Source: Perkinsus olseni
Lineage: Eukaryota
Direction: 5' to 3'
Length of the DNA stretch: 45,160 nt
Assembly: GCA_013115125.1 (NCBI GenBank)
Contig: JABANN010000266.1
Location: 1 to 45,160 of the forward strand
The notes beneath the pieces were generated by a model. That model did not search any database, was not told the DNA's origin, and saw nothing but the letters and a program-made list of their open reading frames with translations. The position numbers were made by a program, and so were the translations under genes. How positions within the stretch are numbered: the stretch's first letter is position 1; each line of letters starts with the position of its first letter. This document shows, one piece after another, positions 22,944-34,400 of the stretch.

Positions 22944-25900
22944 ATGCCCACCAGAAGCGTCGGTACCCATACGGCGAGGTCCATCGTGGACCTCTTCGGT
23001 AACCCGCAACCGCCGCCGCTTGCTATCCCCACAGCAATGCTCCACAGGGACCTTCGACGACGTCCCCCACTGGACGACCGAGGGAGTGCGGTTCTCGTCA
23101 TCGGCGGCTGCGGTGGACGCAAGACGAGAGGCTGATGGCTCCAAGGGAATCGCAGACTCGTATGTCTTCTCTGTGGCACACTCTCTCAGTTTTAGACGGA
23201 GATTGAGGTCCGTTGACTGCCGATGTGCGTGACCGCGCCACGAAGTTGCGTCAAGGTACATTCTGTCCTGCTGCCAGCCGTCCCAGTGGATTCTGTTAGC
23301 CCTGCTGGGCTTCGTAACAGCTCTTGTGGCGTTCACTATTGAACTATCTGTGACAAAGATGTGGGACTGGTTTCATACGGACGCATGATTCACCAGCATC
23401 GACCTAAGATACGAGCTTCGAGCGGAGTATCTTCCAGTATGGGCATGGTTACTAACAGCAGCTGTCCTCGCATTATTCTCAGTGTTTTGCGTGTAAGTTC
23501 CGTTTGGAGTGGTATCATCCTCTCTACAGGATCTCTTCAGACACGTCGGTTCGCCGGCAGCAGCAGGGTCGGGCATTCCCGAGATGAAGGTCACCCTCAC
23601 GGGCGAGGACGTCGACAACTTCCTCTCATTCCGTCGGTGCTCGTCGGCTCACCCATCACCATCATCATCCTTCCCCTAGGTACTCTGATCGCCAAGTCTG
23701 TCGGTCTCGTGGCTGTCCAGGCCGCCGGGCTGTCTCTAGGCAGCGAAGGGCCTTTTGTAGAGTTCCCAGAGTCTCGCGCATGTCCATACCACTCCTTCCC
23801 AGATTCAGGTTGCAGGCTGCCTCGCAGTAGCGCTGTGCACCTACCTCCCACAGACGTGGTTTTTCAAGTCGGGTTCAGGCCGTGGGACGCATCTTGAAAT
23901 CTTCGCTGTGCGCAGATACATCAGCGTCGAGACATATCGATTACAGCTGCTGGCGGTGGCCGTCAGTGCGGGCGTCACTGCGACTTTCGGAGCCCCGGTG
24001 GGGGGTGTCTTATTCTCAATAGAAGTACTACCGACCGCCCCCTCCATCACCCTCACCTCCACCAGCAGGTCACCGCGACCTTCTTCTTCGTGTCTTCGCT
24101 CTGGAAGGGCTTCTACACAGCGATAGCTTGTATGGTGGTCTTCAGGCTAGCGAGATTACTGGTGACACTGTGGTGACACTAACTAGGAATCAAGAGCTTT
24201 CTGCTCAGCCCCTGGTGGAGCTGTTCCAAGTAGAAGATTTGCCTCCGTTGACCATCACCCTCGAGACCTTCGCCTTCATCATCCTTGCCATCCTCTGCGG
24301 GGTCCTGTCGGGCATCATAGTGTGAGCGGCCGGCAGGACGAGCGTCGACGGAGCGAAGGTTCCTTCGATAGGTTTTTCGTCGGAGTGCTCAACTCCATCA
24401 CAAAGAGGTTCCCCATCCCAGTCCGCTACGCCTGGGCAGCCGGTGTGGCCCTGATCGACGCGGGGGTCGCATACGCGTAGGGTGGCGGAGGGTGCTGCTG
24501 CTGGCGGCTGCCGTATGGGTGCTTTAGCTCCCCTCTGTTGTGGCAGCTGGACAAGGGTCTCCTAGAGGACATGCTCAACGTGTCCCATCACGAGGCAGCC
24601 AGTGATGTTATTAACAAAGCGGGAGATCTGGCGGTGAGTGGACTGTGACGCACTGTGACGGGGAATCCTCGCTGTGCGTTTTCAGATAGTTTTTGTTGCT
24701 AAGATATGTCTTATGATTCTGTCCATGAGCTGTAGTGACCTCTGATGGACCTGCCCTCCCGTAGCAGTCCCGTTGTCAGGTTGGGTACCAGCAGGCCTTT
24801 TCCTTCCAGTATTTACGATTGGTGCGGTATCGGGACGGCTGTATGGCCTGCTAGTTCACGAGTTGCTGGCTGACAACTACGCCTTTGCCCCTCCTGCAGT
24901 GTAGCTCGCTGCTATCCATCATCACCCTGCCCACCCAGGTCCCTAGATACGCCCTGGTCGGCGCGATCTGCCTCACTGCGGGGGCTACTCGGACGATCTC
25001 GGTGGCTGTGATCGCCTTTGAGCTCACCGGCCACATACATCAGATGGCTGTTATCGTCATAAGTCAGCACCCACCACGCACTACCGCTTTAGCGGCTGCG
25101 CTCAGCAGGTACGGTGGTGTCCTACGCGGTCGCCTCCCTCTTCACTACGTCCATCTACGATGTCCTTCTTCATTTAAAGGAGCTACCATATGTACCGCAC
25201 TTGCGCCGTCCAGAACTGTGAGTGCTTGACGGCTGCTGCTGCTGATCTCACCGACGTAGCAGGTACCATCATCCTATTGGGGATATAGTTCATCGACTGC
25301 CCAACACGGCTTGTATATTTCTCCCGGAAGGAATAGATGATACCACTCCATCCCAAACTCAGCCGACTTTATGGAATGCCTACACAGCTTTAAGGTAATA
25401 CTTCTACAGTGGTGCGACAGCTAGCTCGCCTCAGTAACCTGCCTCATTCATGCCCGATGATACCAATAGTCACGCGCCACGAAAATGGTGGTCTCATGCT
25501 AGCTGGTAGTATTCGAAGGGCAATTAAAACGAGTGGTAGTAGTAAGCTGCAACAGGCACGATACCCACCCACCACGTCCAGGCTGAGCTTGAATCGATCA
25601 TGAGGGGCTTGGCTCCGGCTGCGGTGGTAGTGACTGACGAGACCATCATCTCAGAGAACAGCCAGATGCTGTCCCAGATGGAGCTCACGCTTTCACGTAA
25701 GTAGTATCATGAAAGGGGTTGATGTAGGTATGCTGACGATCAGGCGAAGGCACACCAATAGGACGAGCTGTGGACTGGAACCCTCTCACTGTACCTCACA
25801 CGATGCCGACAGCTCGAGTGCAGTAAGTCCATCATGGGAGAGCCATTTAACGGTATTTTACGATCGTCTTGTCCCCGTCAACACAACAGCTTGGGGTTCA

Positions 25901-28900
25901 AATGAAATCGTACGGTAAACAGAAATGCCGGCGGGAACTGTACGGCGGCCAGCCTATACCACAATCAGAACTAACACGATGGACAAGAATTAAAACAGAG
26001 CGTGAGGACCATCTTGGGTGTCTACCAACTATAGTAGAGTTACGGTGGTTGCAACAGGACATGGATAATCACTGTGAAATACTCTGTTCACAGATTGATG
26101 GACTAGCCAAGTGACTTGGCCCAAGTCTGATAGAGAAAGGGTAAAACAATACGCTCGCATGAGCAAGCAGTAAACCCTTCACATAGAGTGACAGGATTAG
26201 TTCTTGACGTTGACACCACCCCCATCTTCGATAGTCTCACTTCCGCCTGATTTCACAGGCACCTCGCCGGTTGCCTGAGGCGAGCCTCGTCTCCGTCTGA
26301 AGAGGGGCCAAAAACAGATGATAGCCTTGGGGATGCTCGTGTCACCAGACTTGTCGATCCGCTCATTCTCCTCTTCAAGCTTCTCACGTTTGCCATTACC
26401 ATGACGGAAGATAACAACACCGCTCATGATAACGACCAAAGAGACCCACTCGAACCAAGTGACGGTATCAGCGCCAATTAAAGGCCAGCTGATGAGGGAC
26501 ATGAAGGCAGACAGAGGGACTGTAATCTTAAGACTTACGAAAGTCAGTAAACTGGAACCATAGGATACAAGTAGGTAGATGGTGATGTTGAAGCAAACGT
26601 TGATGATCATGTAGACCACGAAAGAGGACATGGCACCGTGTGCAGTGAGCAGGGTCTCGAACCCGGCGGCCATCACGTCCAACACGTTCTCGTTAGTGCG
26701 GGCCATTTCCACCAGCATGGACACTGGGAAGACCCAGATGATACCGAAAGTGTGGTTTGAACTGCTCACAGCGAAGACGTCCAAGTTGGTCTGCTTGTAG
26801 CCGTGCTTCTCGGCGAAGGCGGTGTAGTCACGGAACATGTACTCCTTGATAACGAAACCGAGGGCCTGGAACATAGTGGACATGAGGCAGAGGATGGACA
26901 TACCGATACTGCTGGAGCCCTCACTAGTAGAGGACGTGACGGCAGAGGCGATGGTCATGGCCACGACCAAGGACACACCGAATAGCTCTTGTAAGGTGTA
27001 TCGTGCTGCCAGGATGAGGCAAGACCAGATCAGTGTGAAAGGGACCATGCCTTGCTGCAGTAGATTGAAGACGATGATAGACAGATAGGGCTGAGTCATG
27101 AACATTAAATTGTCGCCCATAACGTCACTAATTGATGAGAAGAAGGTGTACTTAACTCCCGGGAGGCGGGCCCACCAGCGCCGTAGACCGCGCTTGGAGG
27201 GATCGATGTCCTCGTCCTTGCGAGGGGTCCAAACCCACAGGAACTCCTCCTTAGTAACATAACCGAGGAGAGCCTTGCCGCCGAGGATAGACCAGTAAAC
27301 CGTGAAGTAAACAAACTGTCCGATGATGCTCGTGACGAAGCCCGAGTACTCACCCAAAGGCTCCGACCGAATCTTACCGGCAACGGTGTTGAACGTACCA
27401 GTGATGACCAACATTAAGATGAGGAATGGTACCAGCCATTTCCCAAATCGTTCCTTGAAGGTTGGCTTAGAGACCTTCTCCTCTGTGTCTAGGCGTGTGA
27501 GCTCTGTAGGCGTTGAAGCTTTCGTCATGGGGGGCCACACTTAGTGAGTAAAGTAATAGACCTTAAAGCAACACAAAGGTTCAAATCCGTTATTATCCCC
27601 ACATGCAAGAATACATTATAGCGTGGCCGGGACACTAGCTGATGCAGTCCTGACACAAAACGGTAGGCTAGCCAACTAGCTCCCGATGAAGGATACTTTG
27701 CCGTTTCGGTTTTCTCTGAATCGATCAGTTTGGTAGTTTTAACCACGGGCATGGCTTGCCGGAATCCGGCAGCCGGATGCCCAAGGGTGTTGTGAGAATG
27801 CACTTCCGGAACGGAGCAGTCTTGTAAGGAATGATTGAGGGCATCATCCGCCCTAGCTAGACGTGCGTATCTTGCACACAGAATCTTGAGTAATCGCGTA
27901 AGACAAGATAGTCCCGTGAACCCAGCAGGATGGACTGTGATGATACACTGATGCACTCGTTACACTGAAGTGTAACGGCAACCCCAAGACGACTTGTTCG
28001 ACCACTTTTTCGGACTGGAAGACTCCACATACGAGAGAATGTGGACAGTCGCCCGACTACCTAACAACACAACGCTTTATTTGTGCACTGATGCTGGGCT
28101 TCTGTAATGCCCACAGAATTGCCGACACCTACGGCTTGCAACAGGAAAAGGAGCAGCAACGCGGGGACGGTAAAGGCACATAGACGACGCCCAAGAAATA
28201 TAGGGAGAAACACTTTGATTATTGATGGTGATGGGAGTGGTGAAAGGGCAATTGTTGAACCTATGGACAGAATTGGTTTAGAAATATTCGGTTCATTGCT
28301 CCTTCCAGTGAGGCATGACAATAGTCTATCGTCTCAAACACCAATAGTATGATCAGCTGCCACGAGGAATCCCATCAAAACCGATGGGTCATGTTGGTGA
28401 TGTTGAGGGGCGAATCATAACAGTAGCGCGTTGGCAGTCTTCTTGGACAATGCAGCTGGTTGAAATCGAATAGTAGTGATAGTATATGCTTGACAATAGG
28501 GCAACCTCGCGCTCACAGCGCAGTAGGGTCGGGGATCAGCAACGATGCAGCTAACCCTTGCTGGGGAGTGTCACTTAGAAGGCGCTTCCATAGTCTTCTC
28601 GCCGCTCTCGATGTCTGTTGTCTCGGACGTCACATCACTGGTCGATGCAGAACCCTTCCGGAAGAGAAACCGCGGCCAGCAGAAGGAGGTGTTAATAGCA
28701 ACACCGCGGTTAGGGTCAGCGTTGTCCTTGGCGGGCTTCCGATGCCGGAATATGGGCCAGAAGCAGATGATAGCCTTCGGGATGGTCTCGTCGTGCGTCT
28801 CGTCTAGCCGCTCATTCTCGGCCTCGAGCTTGTCCCTGACGCCATTACCGTGCCGGAAGATGATGACACCAGCGAGGATGACGACCAGGCAAACCCACTC

Positions 28901-31147
28901 GAACCAGGTGATGGTATCAGCACCAATCAGCGGCCAACTGATAAGCGACATGAAGGCTGATAATGGTACTGTAAGTTTTAGACTCACGAATGTTAGCAAA
29001 CTCGAACCGTAGCAGACGAGGAGGTAGATGGTGATGTTGAAGCAGACGTTGATGATCATGAAGACAACGAAGGCGGGCATAGCACCTTGGGCGTGGAGGA
29101 GAGTCTGGAAACCGCCTGCCATGACGTCGAGTACATTCTCAGAGGTCCTTGATAGTTCTACCAAAATTGATATCGGGAAGACCCAAATGATACCAAAGGT
29201 ATGGTTGGAGCTGCTCACAGCGAAGACGTTGAGGTTTTTGTTCTTATATCCGTGTTCCTCGGCATACTCAGAGTAATCATGAAACATAGCCTCCCTGATA
29301 ACCTGGCCTAGAGCCTGGAAGAGGGTAGACAACAGACAGAGGATGGACATACCGATACTGCTAGAACCACCAGATGCCGAGGAGAGAACGGCAGAGGCGA
29401 TGGTCATCGCAACGACCAACGCTACTCCCAATAGCTCTTCGGATATGTACCGGGCACCGAGCAGGATGCACGACCACATCAGCGTGAAGGGGACCATTCC
29501 CTGTTGAAGTAAGTTAAATAGGATAATCGATAAGAATGGTTGGGTCAGAAACATGAGGTTATCTCCGAGTACATCAGCAATAGAAGAGAAGAAGGTATAC
29601 TTGACGCCAGGCAGTCTAGCCCACCACCGCCGGAAGCCCTTTTTAGACTTATCCACATCCTTGCGCGGGGTCCATACCCAAAGGAACTCCTCCTTGGTCA
29701 TGATGTCCTTATGCGTGAGCTTGCTCACAACCCACAGAAGAATTAAGATGCACCAGTAGGTGGTGAAGTAGACGAATTGACTGATGATACTGGTAACGTA
29801 GCCGGAGGCGTCCCCGAGCGGCTGGGAACGGATCTTGCCCGCAATAGTATTGAGCGTTCCGGTAACAACAAGAATAACAATCAGTGTCGGTATCAGCAAC
29901 TTGTGCCATGTAAACCGGTCTCCCCACGAAGTATGGGGTTTCTCCGTTGGCGCCTTCTCGGCGCTGCTGCTGCTGCTCGTCGCTGGTTCGGAGGTCACTT
30001 CAGAAAACGACATTCCCGAGTGCCGAAAGAAATAAAATCTGAAGCACGTGCCTCTTTGCCCAAAACTCCGACAATTATGAATGGTCATTGAACAGAAAGA
30101 TAAGCAGCACGCCGCCGCCCTTCGGAGTTCCTCCTGGGCCCTATTGCTAGTTTAGCTGTGTGCTGCTGTCCCCCTCTCCGGTCCATCGCTAGAAGCCCTC
30201 TCACGCCTACGATGTCAAACCTGCTGGGAAAGTGTGTGACCCCTGGGAGGCTGCGAAGCCCTTCTTGTCGTGCGGCGTCTTCTATGAGGTGTAGAGAGGC
30301 TGCCTATGGCCTTGGACACAACTGGTAGTTGTCTCCGCCGGAACGAAACTTAATGTCACAAAAAAGGGGACAGGCGGTGTGCAAGATGCCACCATCGACC
30401 TCGGATACTTCCACGCTCAGTCCTCTTGTGCAGGGTCAGCTGATTGCAAAATCCCGTATCTCACCGGTGTTCTCAGGTACCTATTCACAATGCTAAGGCT
30501 GCATTGTCTTTTTGTACTTGACGGAACGACTCACGCCTTGCTTGGCGTTGTCACTAAGGTGGGACTAGCCTTGCATGCCCTCGATAGAACTCCCTCAGGC
30601 CTCCTTTGATACGCCTGGAGACCCGCTCCTCCCTAGCAGGTCTTCAACAAGCACCAGGTCTTCAAGGAAGCCTCCGACCGGGAACGATATGGTGAGATTG
30701 ACAGACCCCAATTGGGAATAGTGAAAGTAGCGCCTAGTACGACTCGCCGCCGGTGGCCTGGTCTGACCCATGATCCTCTAGTTTTCTCAACTAGTAGTCT
30801 TGCGTTGCTCCAGTATTGTTACCTCTGAATGGTGTCGTTCCCAGGCCTTTGGTGAGCCGCCGGACGTCCGGAGACACTCCCTAGGCGGCACCGTGGCCAG
30901 TCTGCTGCCCTTGTCCTTCCTGTTCACCAGCCATCCTGGGGAGAGTACCGCCACGGTTCGCGTGAGTCGAACGAGCGCCCCGTCGAATCCCGAGAACCCT
31001 GGCTTCTGTCAGTCTGTGACATCCGTGGGTACCTCAACTGCTACCGACGTGGGAGAAGGGGCAGCAATGGTAGTAACGGAGAGAAGGGGTGAGCTCGGCG
31101 AGTGCTCGCCTCAGGCGGCTCACCGTGCTGTGTCCAGCCGATTTTGA
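22944..31147 (+). CDS. CLC chloride channel with two CBS domains (paralogue 1); many short introns plus one 4.65-kb intron; 3' end approximate
   Basis: MPTRSV...DLF|GTFDDVPH; GSGIPEMK; GSEGPF; FGAPVGGVLFSIE|VT; VPAGLFLPVF; TRTISVAVIAFELTG; SIYDVLLHLKELPY; CBS ...DWNPLTVPHTMPTARVQ|(25823-30476)|YLFTMLRLHCLFVLDGTTHALLGVVTK|ASFD, then a Ser-rich tail to 31147. Confidence 0.85.
26197..27528 (-). CDS. CRT-like (chloroquine resistance transporter / CLT family, DMT superfamily) transporter, copy 1; intronless, nested in CLC intron
   Basis: About 10 hydrophobic helices. Motifs NLLQQGMVPFTLIWSCLIL.ARY..QELFG, VIKEYMF and INVCFNITIYLLVSYGSSLL resemble CRT/CLT proteins. ATG at 27528 (the ORF track starts at an upstream GTG). 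Confidence 0.82.
   Translation of the reverse strand: MTKASTPTELTRLDTEEKVSKPTFKERFGKWLVPFLILMLVITGTFNTVAGKIRSEPLGEYSGFVTSIIGQFVYFTVYWSILGGKALLGYVTKEEFLWVWTPRKDEDIDPSKRGLRRWWARLPGVKYTFFSSISDVMGDNLMFMTQPYLSIIVFNLLQQGMVPFTLIWSCLILAARYTLQELFGVSLVVAMTIASAVTSSTSEGSSSIGMSILCLMSTMFQALGFVIKEYMFRDYTAFAEKHGYKQTNLDVFAVSSSNHTFGIIWVFPVSMLVEMARTNENVLDVMAAGFETLLTAHGAMSSFVVYMIINVCFNITIYLLVSYGSSLLTFVSLKITVPLSAFMSLISWPLIGADTVTWFEWVSLVVIMSGVVIFRHGNGKREKLEEENERIDKSGDTSIPKAIICFWPLFRRRRGSPQATGEVPVKSGGSETIEDGGGVNVKN
28571..30013 (-). CDS. CRT-like transporter, copy 2; intronless tandem paralogue, nested in CLC intron
   Basis: Colinear with and very similar to copy 1 (e.g. KEEFLWVWTPRKD, RRWWARLPGVKYTFFSSI, FAVSSSNHTFGIIWVFP). 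Likely start MSFSEV at 30013; the ORF is open to 30088. Confidence 0.82.
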   Translation of the reverse strand: MSFSEVTSEPATSSSSSAEKAPTEKPHTSWGDRFTWHKLLIPTLIVILVVTGTLNTIAGKIRSQPLGDASGYVTSIISQFVYFTTYWCILILLWVVSKLTHKDIMTKEEFLWVWTPRKDVDKSKKGFRRWWARLPGVKYTFFSSIADVLGDNLMFLTQPFLSIILFNLLQQGMVPFTLMWSCILLGARYISEELLGVALVVAMTIASAVLSSASGGSSSIGMSILCLLSTLFQALGQVIREAMFHDYSEYAEEHGYKNKNLNVFAVSSSNHTFGIIWVFPISILVELSRTSENVLDVMAGGFQTLLHAQGAMPAFVVFMIINVCFNITIYLLVCYGSSLLTFVSLKLTVPLSAFMSLISWPLIGADTITWFEWVCLVVILAGVIIFRHGNGVRDKLEAENERLDETHDETIPKAIICFWPIFRHRKPAKDNADPNRGVAINTSFCWPRFLFRKGSASTSDVTSETTDIESGEKTMEAPSK

Positions 31148-31417
31148 CGCCTGTGAATCACAGGCTATGGTTGTACCATCGCGTGGCATTGTTATCAGAG
31201 TTAAGTCAGAGCATCTTTCTATTAAAAAATCGATAAGGTTTTGTGATTTGTTATCATCATCGGCTTCTCGCCACCTTCGTCTTAAAACTTGTCAACGAGG
31301 TCCAGCTGTTGAGCTCAGTGAAGGCGAAGGTCGTGGGTTCAATTCCCGGGTGGGGCAGCTCACTAGAGTTTAAAGATACACGTAACCCCCAGCTTGCTTG
31401 TTTTCACCTCTTCAAAA

Positions 31418-34400
31418 ATGCCGAGCGACGCCCCTTGGAGCCGCGGAGGGCACAATGCGATGGCCATAACCGATCTCTTTGGTAGTAGCACCAGTTGACG
31501 GGTGGGTGGCAGCGTTGCCCGTAAAGGTACCTTTGACGATGTACCCCACAGTGCTCGACTAGGGTTGGGTGCTGCTATGCGGGACAAGGGCTCACTATTC
31601 GCCATGTCCTCCCGGAGGCTCAGCTTTAGACGGCGCTTTGGGTTCACCCTTTCGACCATCCGACTGTCGCAGTGGGCGCTGCTCACCCTCTTGGGTGCCA
31701 TCACAGCGCTCGTGGCCATCGGGGTGGAGTACTGCGTCGTGAATATGTAATTCCAACGGCATTGGGTCGAGCGACTCGCGATCACTTTCAGTTTCAATTC
31801 GAGGATGGACGCAGCGCTGTGGGTATATTTTTTAACCGGCCCCATCCTGGCCATGGCTGCCGTTGCCTGCGTGTGGGTGTGGCCCACTCCCTTCTCCATC
31901 CAGCAGCTGTTGTCTTGTTTCAGGCAGTTCGGTTCCCCGGCAGCAGTGGGCTCGGGTGTGCCTCAGATGAAAGTGACGCTTGTCGGCGAGGAGATCCCCA
32001 ACCTCCTCACGCTCCGTAATAAACCGGCTGGAGGGGGTCGATGGACGAAGCTGTGCTGCTCCCATCATGGCTCCACCCCGGGGGTGCCCCCGAAGGCCGT
32101 GGGCGGACTTAGTAGAATTTCGTATCTGAGCTCGAAGACGGTCCGATACAGTCAGGCTGGTGTGCCAGAGCTGTCGAGTCCACCGTGTCAGGTACTCTGA
32201 TATCGAAGGTGATTGGCCTGGGCTGCGGCCTGGCTGCTGGCCTGGTTATCGGCAGTGAGGGGCCCTTCGTAAGCCGCTCCTCTCTCGAGTATCTTACCTC
32301 GACCATGGCTCTCCAAAAGGTCCACATATCCGGCTGCATCGCCAACGCCCTCAGCAGATACCTACCCGAGAAGCAGTTCCGCCGGTAGCCTTTTTTGGTG
32401 ATTCTGTCATCTGCCAGCTCGACCTCTAGATACTACACCTATGAGACTTTCCGCCTGCAGCTGCTAGCGGTGGCCGTCAGCACCGGTGTGACCGCCACCT
32501 TCGGGGCTCCAGTAGGTGGTGTCATATTTGCTGTGGAGGTGAGCGGTGGCGGTGAGACTTGAGTACGGCACAGGGCCGTGGCGAACCGAACTTTCAGGAG
32601 GGCTCCCAGGATTGAATTTAGCGTTTAGAAAGGGGATCTGGGAGCGGTGTGTTGAACTGTTGCCTTACCTCAGGTCACAGCCGTGTACTTCTTCGTTTCT
32701 AACCTGCCCAGGGCCTTCTATTCCTCCATCTGCTGCGTCCTGGTCTACCGTGTCACCAGGGAATCCGTAATGAGACGAGGTTCCCGCTGACCGTTGGACA
32801 CTCTCTCTTGGTAGGGCCTCGTGGACCTGTTCGAGGTTGAAGATATGCCGGACTGGTCGCTCCACTGGGAGTTGGCGATTTTCTGTATCCTCGCCGCCGT
32901 CTGTGGTGTCGTGGCGGGGTTGCTGGTGTAAGCCCTCTCCCAGCGCTCTCCCTTTCCTTTCCAGTCCTCCTCGCCAGGCACTGCATCGGGTATATCAATC
33001 GGTACACCACGAAGCTGCCGCCGGTGTGGCGATTCTTCTGGGCGGCTTCTGTGGTCTCCGCCATAGCCGGGATCTCGTGTGGGTAAGGGTTCGTCTATCT
33101 TGTTAGCAGCTGAGATGGTGAAGGCAGGTTGCCGATACTTAAGCGTCTCGACAAGAAGCTCCTCACCTTGTTGTTCGCCCCTGATGACGACCCTTCTCGT
33201 GAATACAATGACACCATGCACAGCGTGGGGGAATTGGCGGTAGGCTGAGCATAGACCACCACAATCGGGCTGGACATAGCAATCCTTCAGGCGCTCCTCG
33301 GTGTCAAGTGCGCGACCTTCATCCTCAGTCTCAGCTGTGAGATAGTCCGCTCATCATCACCCTGCTAGTTCTCCCACCCTCCGCAGGTTCTATACCGGCT
33401 GGTGTCTTCACCCCCACCTTCGTCATTGGAGCGCTCTGCGGTCGCTTCACGGGTGTCGCCATGCATCAGCTCCTCCCTGATGCCGACCTAGCATCACCAG
33501 CCTTGTAGGTGCCCCCCACGACCATGGCCATCCCTCCCTTGTCGGTATCAGGTACTCCCTGATAGGTGCTGTGTCCGTGACCGCCGGGGTCACAAGGACC
33601 GTCTCAGTGGCAGTGATCGCCTTCGAGCTCACAGCCCAGATACACAACATGACACCGATCCTCCTATGTAGCCACCAGAGGCCTGCCAGTTCATCCAGCG
33701 CCCTTTTCGAGGCACTCTGATATCGTATACTGTCTCTGCCATGCTCACTATCTCCATCTACGACGTCCTCCTGCACCTCCGCAATTTGCCGTATTTGCCC
33801 CACCTTCGGAGGAGCGATCTGTGAGCTGGCGGGCCGCCGTCTTCTCCTCGTCAGTTGCCTCCTGAGTGGCAGATACCATCAGACGTGCCGGGGTCTTATC
33901 ATCCCAATTAACCGCAGCTTCTGCATCGCTGAGAGCGTGCATGGTGGGTTGGGTGCTTCGACGGGCCATAATGGTTCATGGTCAATTTTATGCTACCCGC
34001 ACGACTTTAACTTGCTGGTATATCCACAGCTGTGCAGTGGTCGCTTCCGCCCAGGTATGGATGCTTCGTTGAGCGACGGTTACGATGCGGCATTGCGCCT
34101 CCCGAAGGGCTGCGATAAAGTGCCTGTCGTCAGCTATGGCGTAGATGGGACAGTGATTTATCTAAAAGGCAAGCTGCTGCTGGTCTGTGCTGATAGAGTT
34201 ACCCCTTTCGCTAGGTGTGGTGCCAGCGTCCGACATCATCAGCGAGGTACGGAAGGCTCTAGAGGAGAGTCACATCCCTGAGGACATGCCCGATAGCGAG
34301 GTTAGGGATATCCTGTCCTTGAGACCACTGGAGCTGGATAGTAAGCTATCAACCTCTCCCCACAACGCTAGGTCGGCCGTGACTCAGGTCTTCTCACGAA

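Noticed and set aside
30379-31147. Independent small genes between CRT copy 2 and CLC2
   Set aside because: Better explained as the 3' exons of CLC1 (phase-matched splice sites and homology to the CLC2 CBS2 region).
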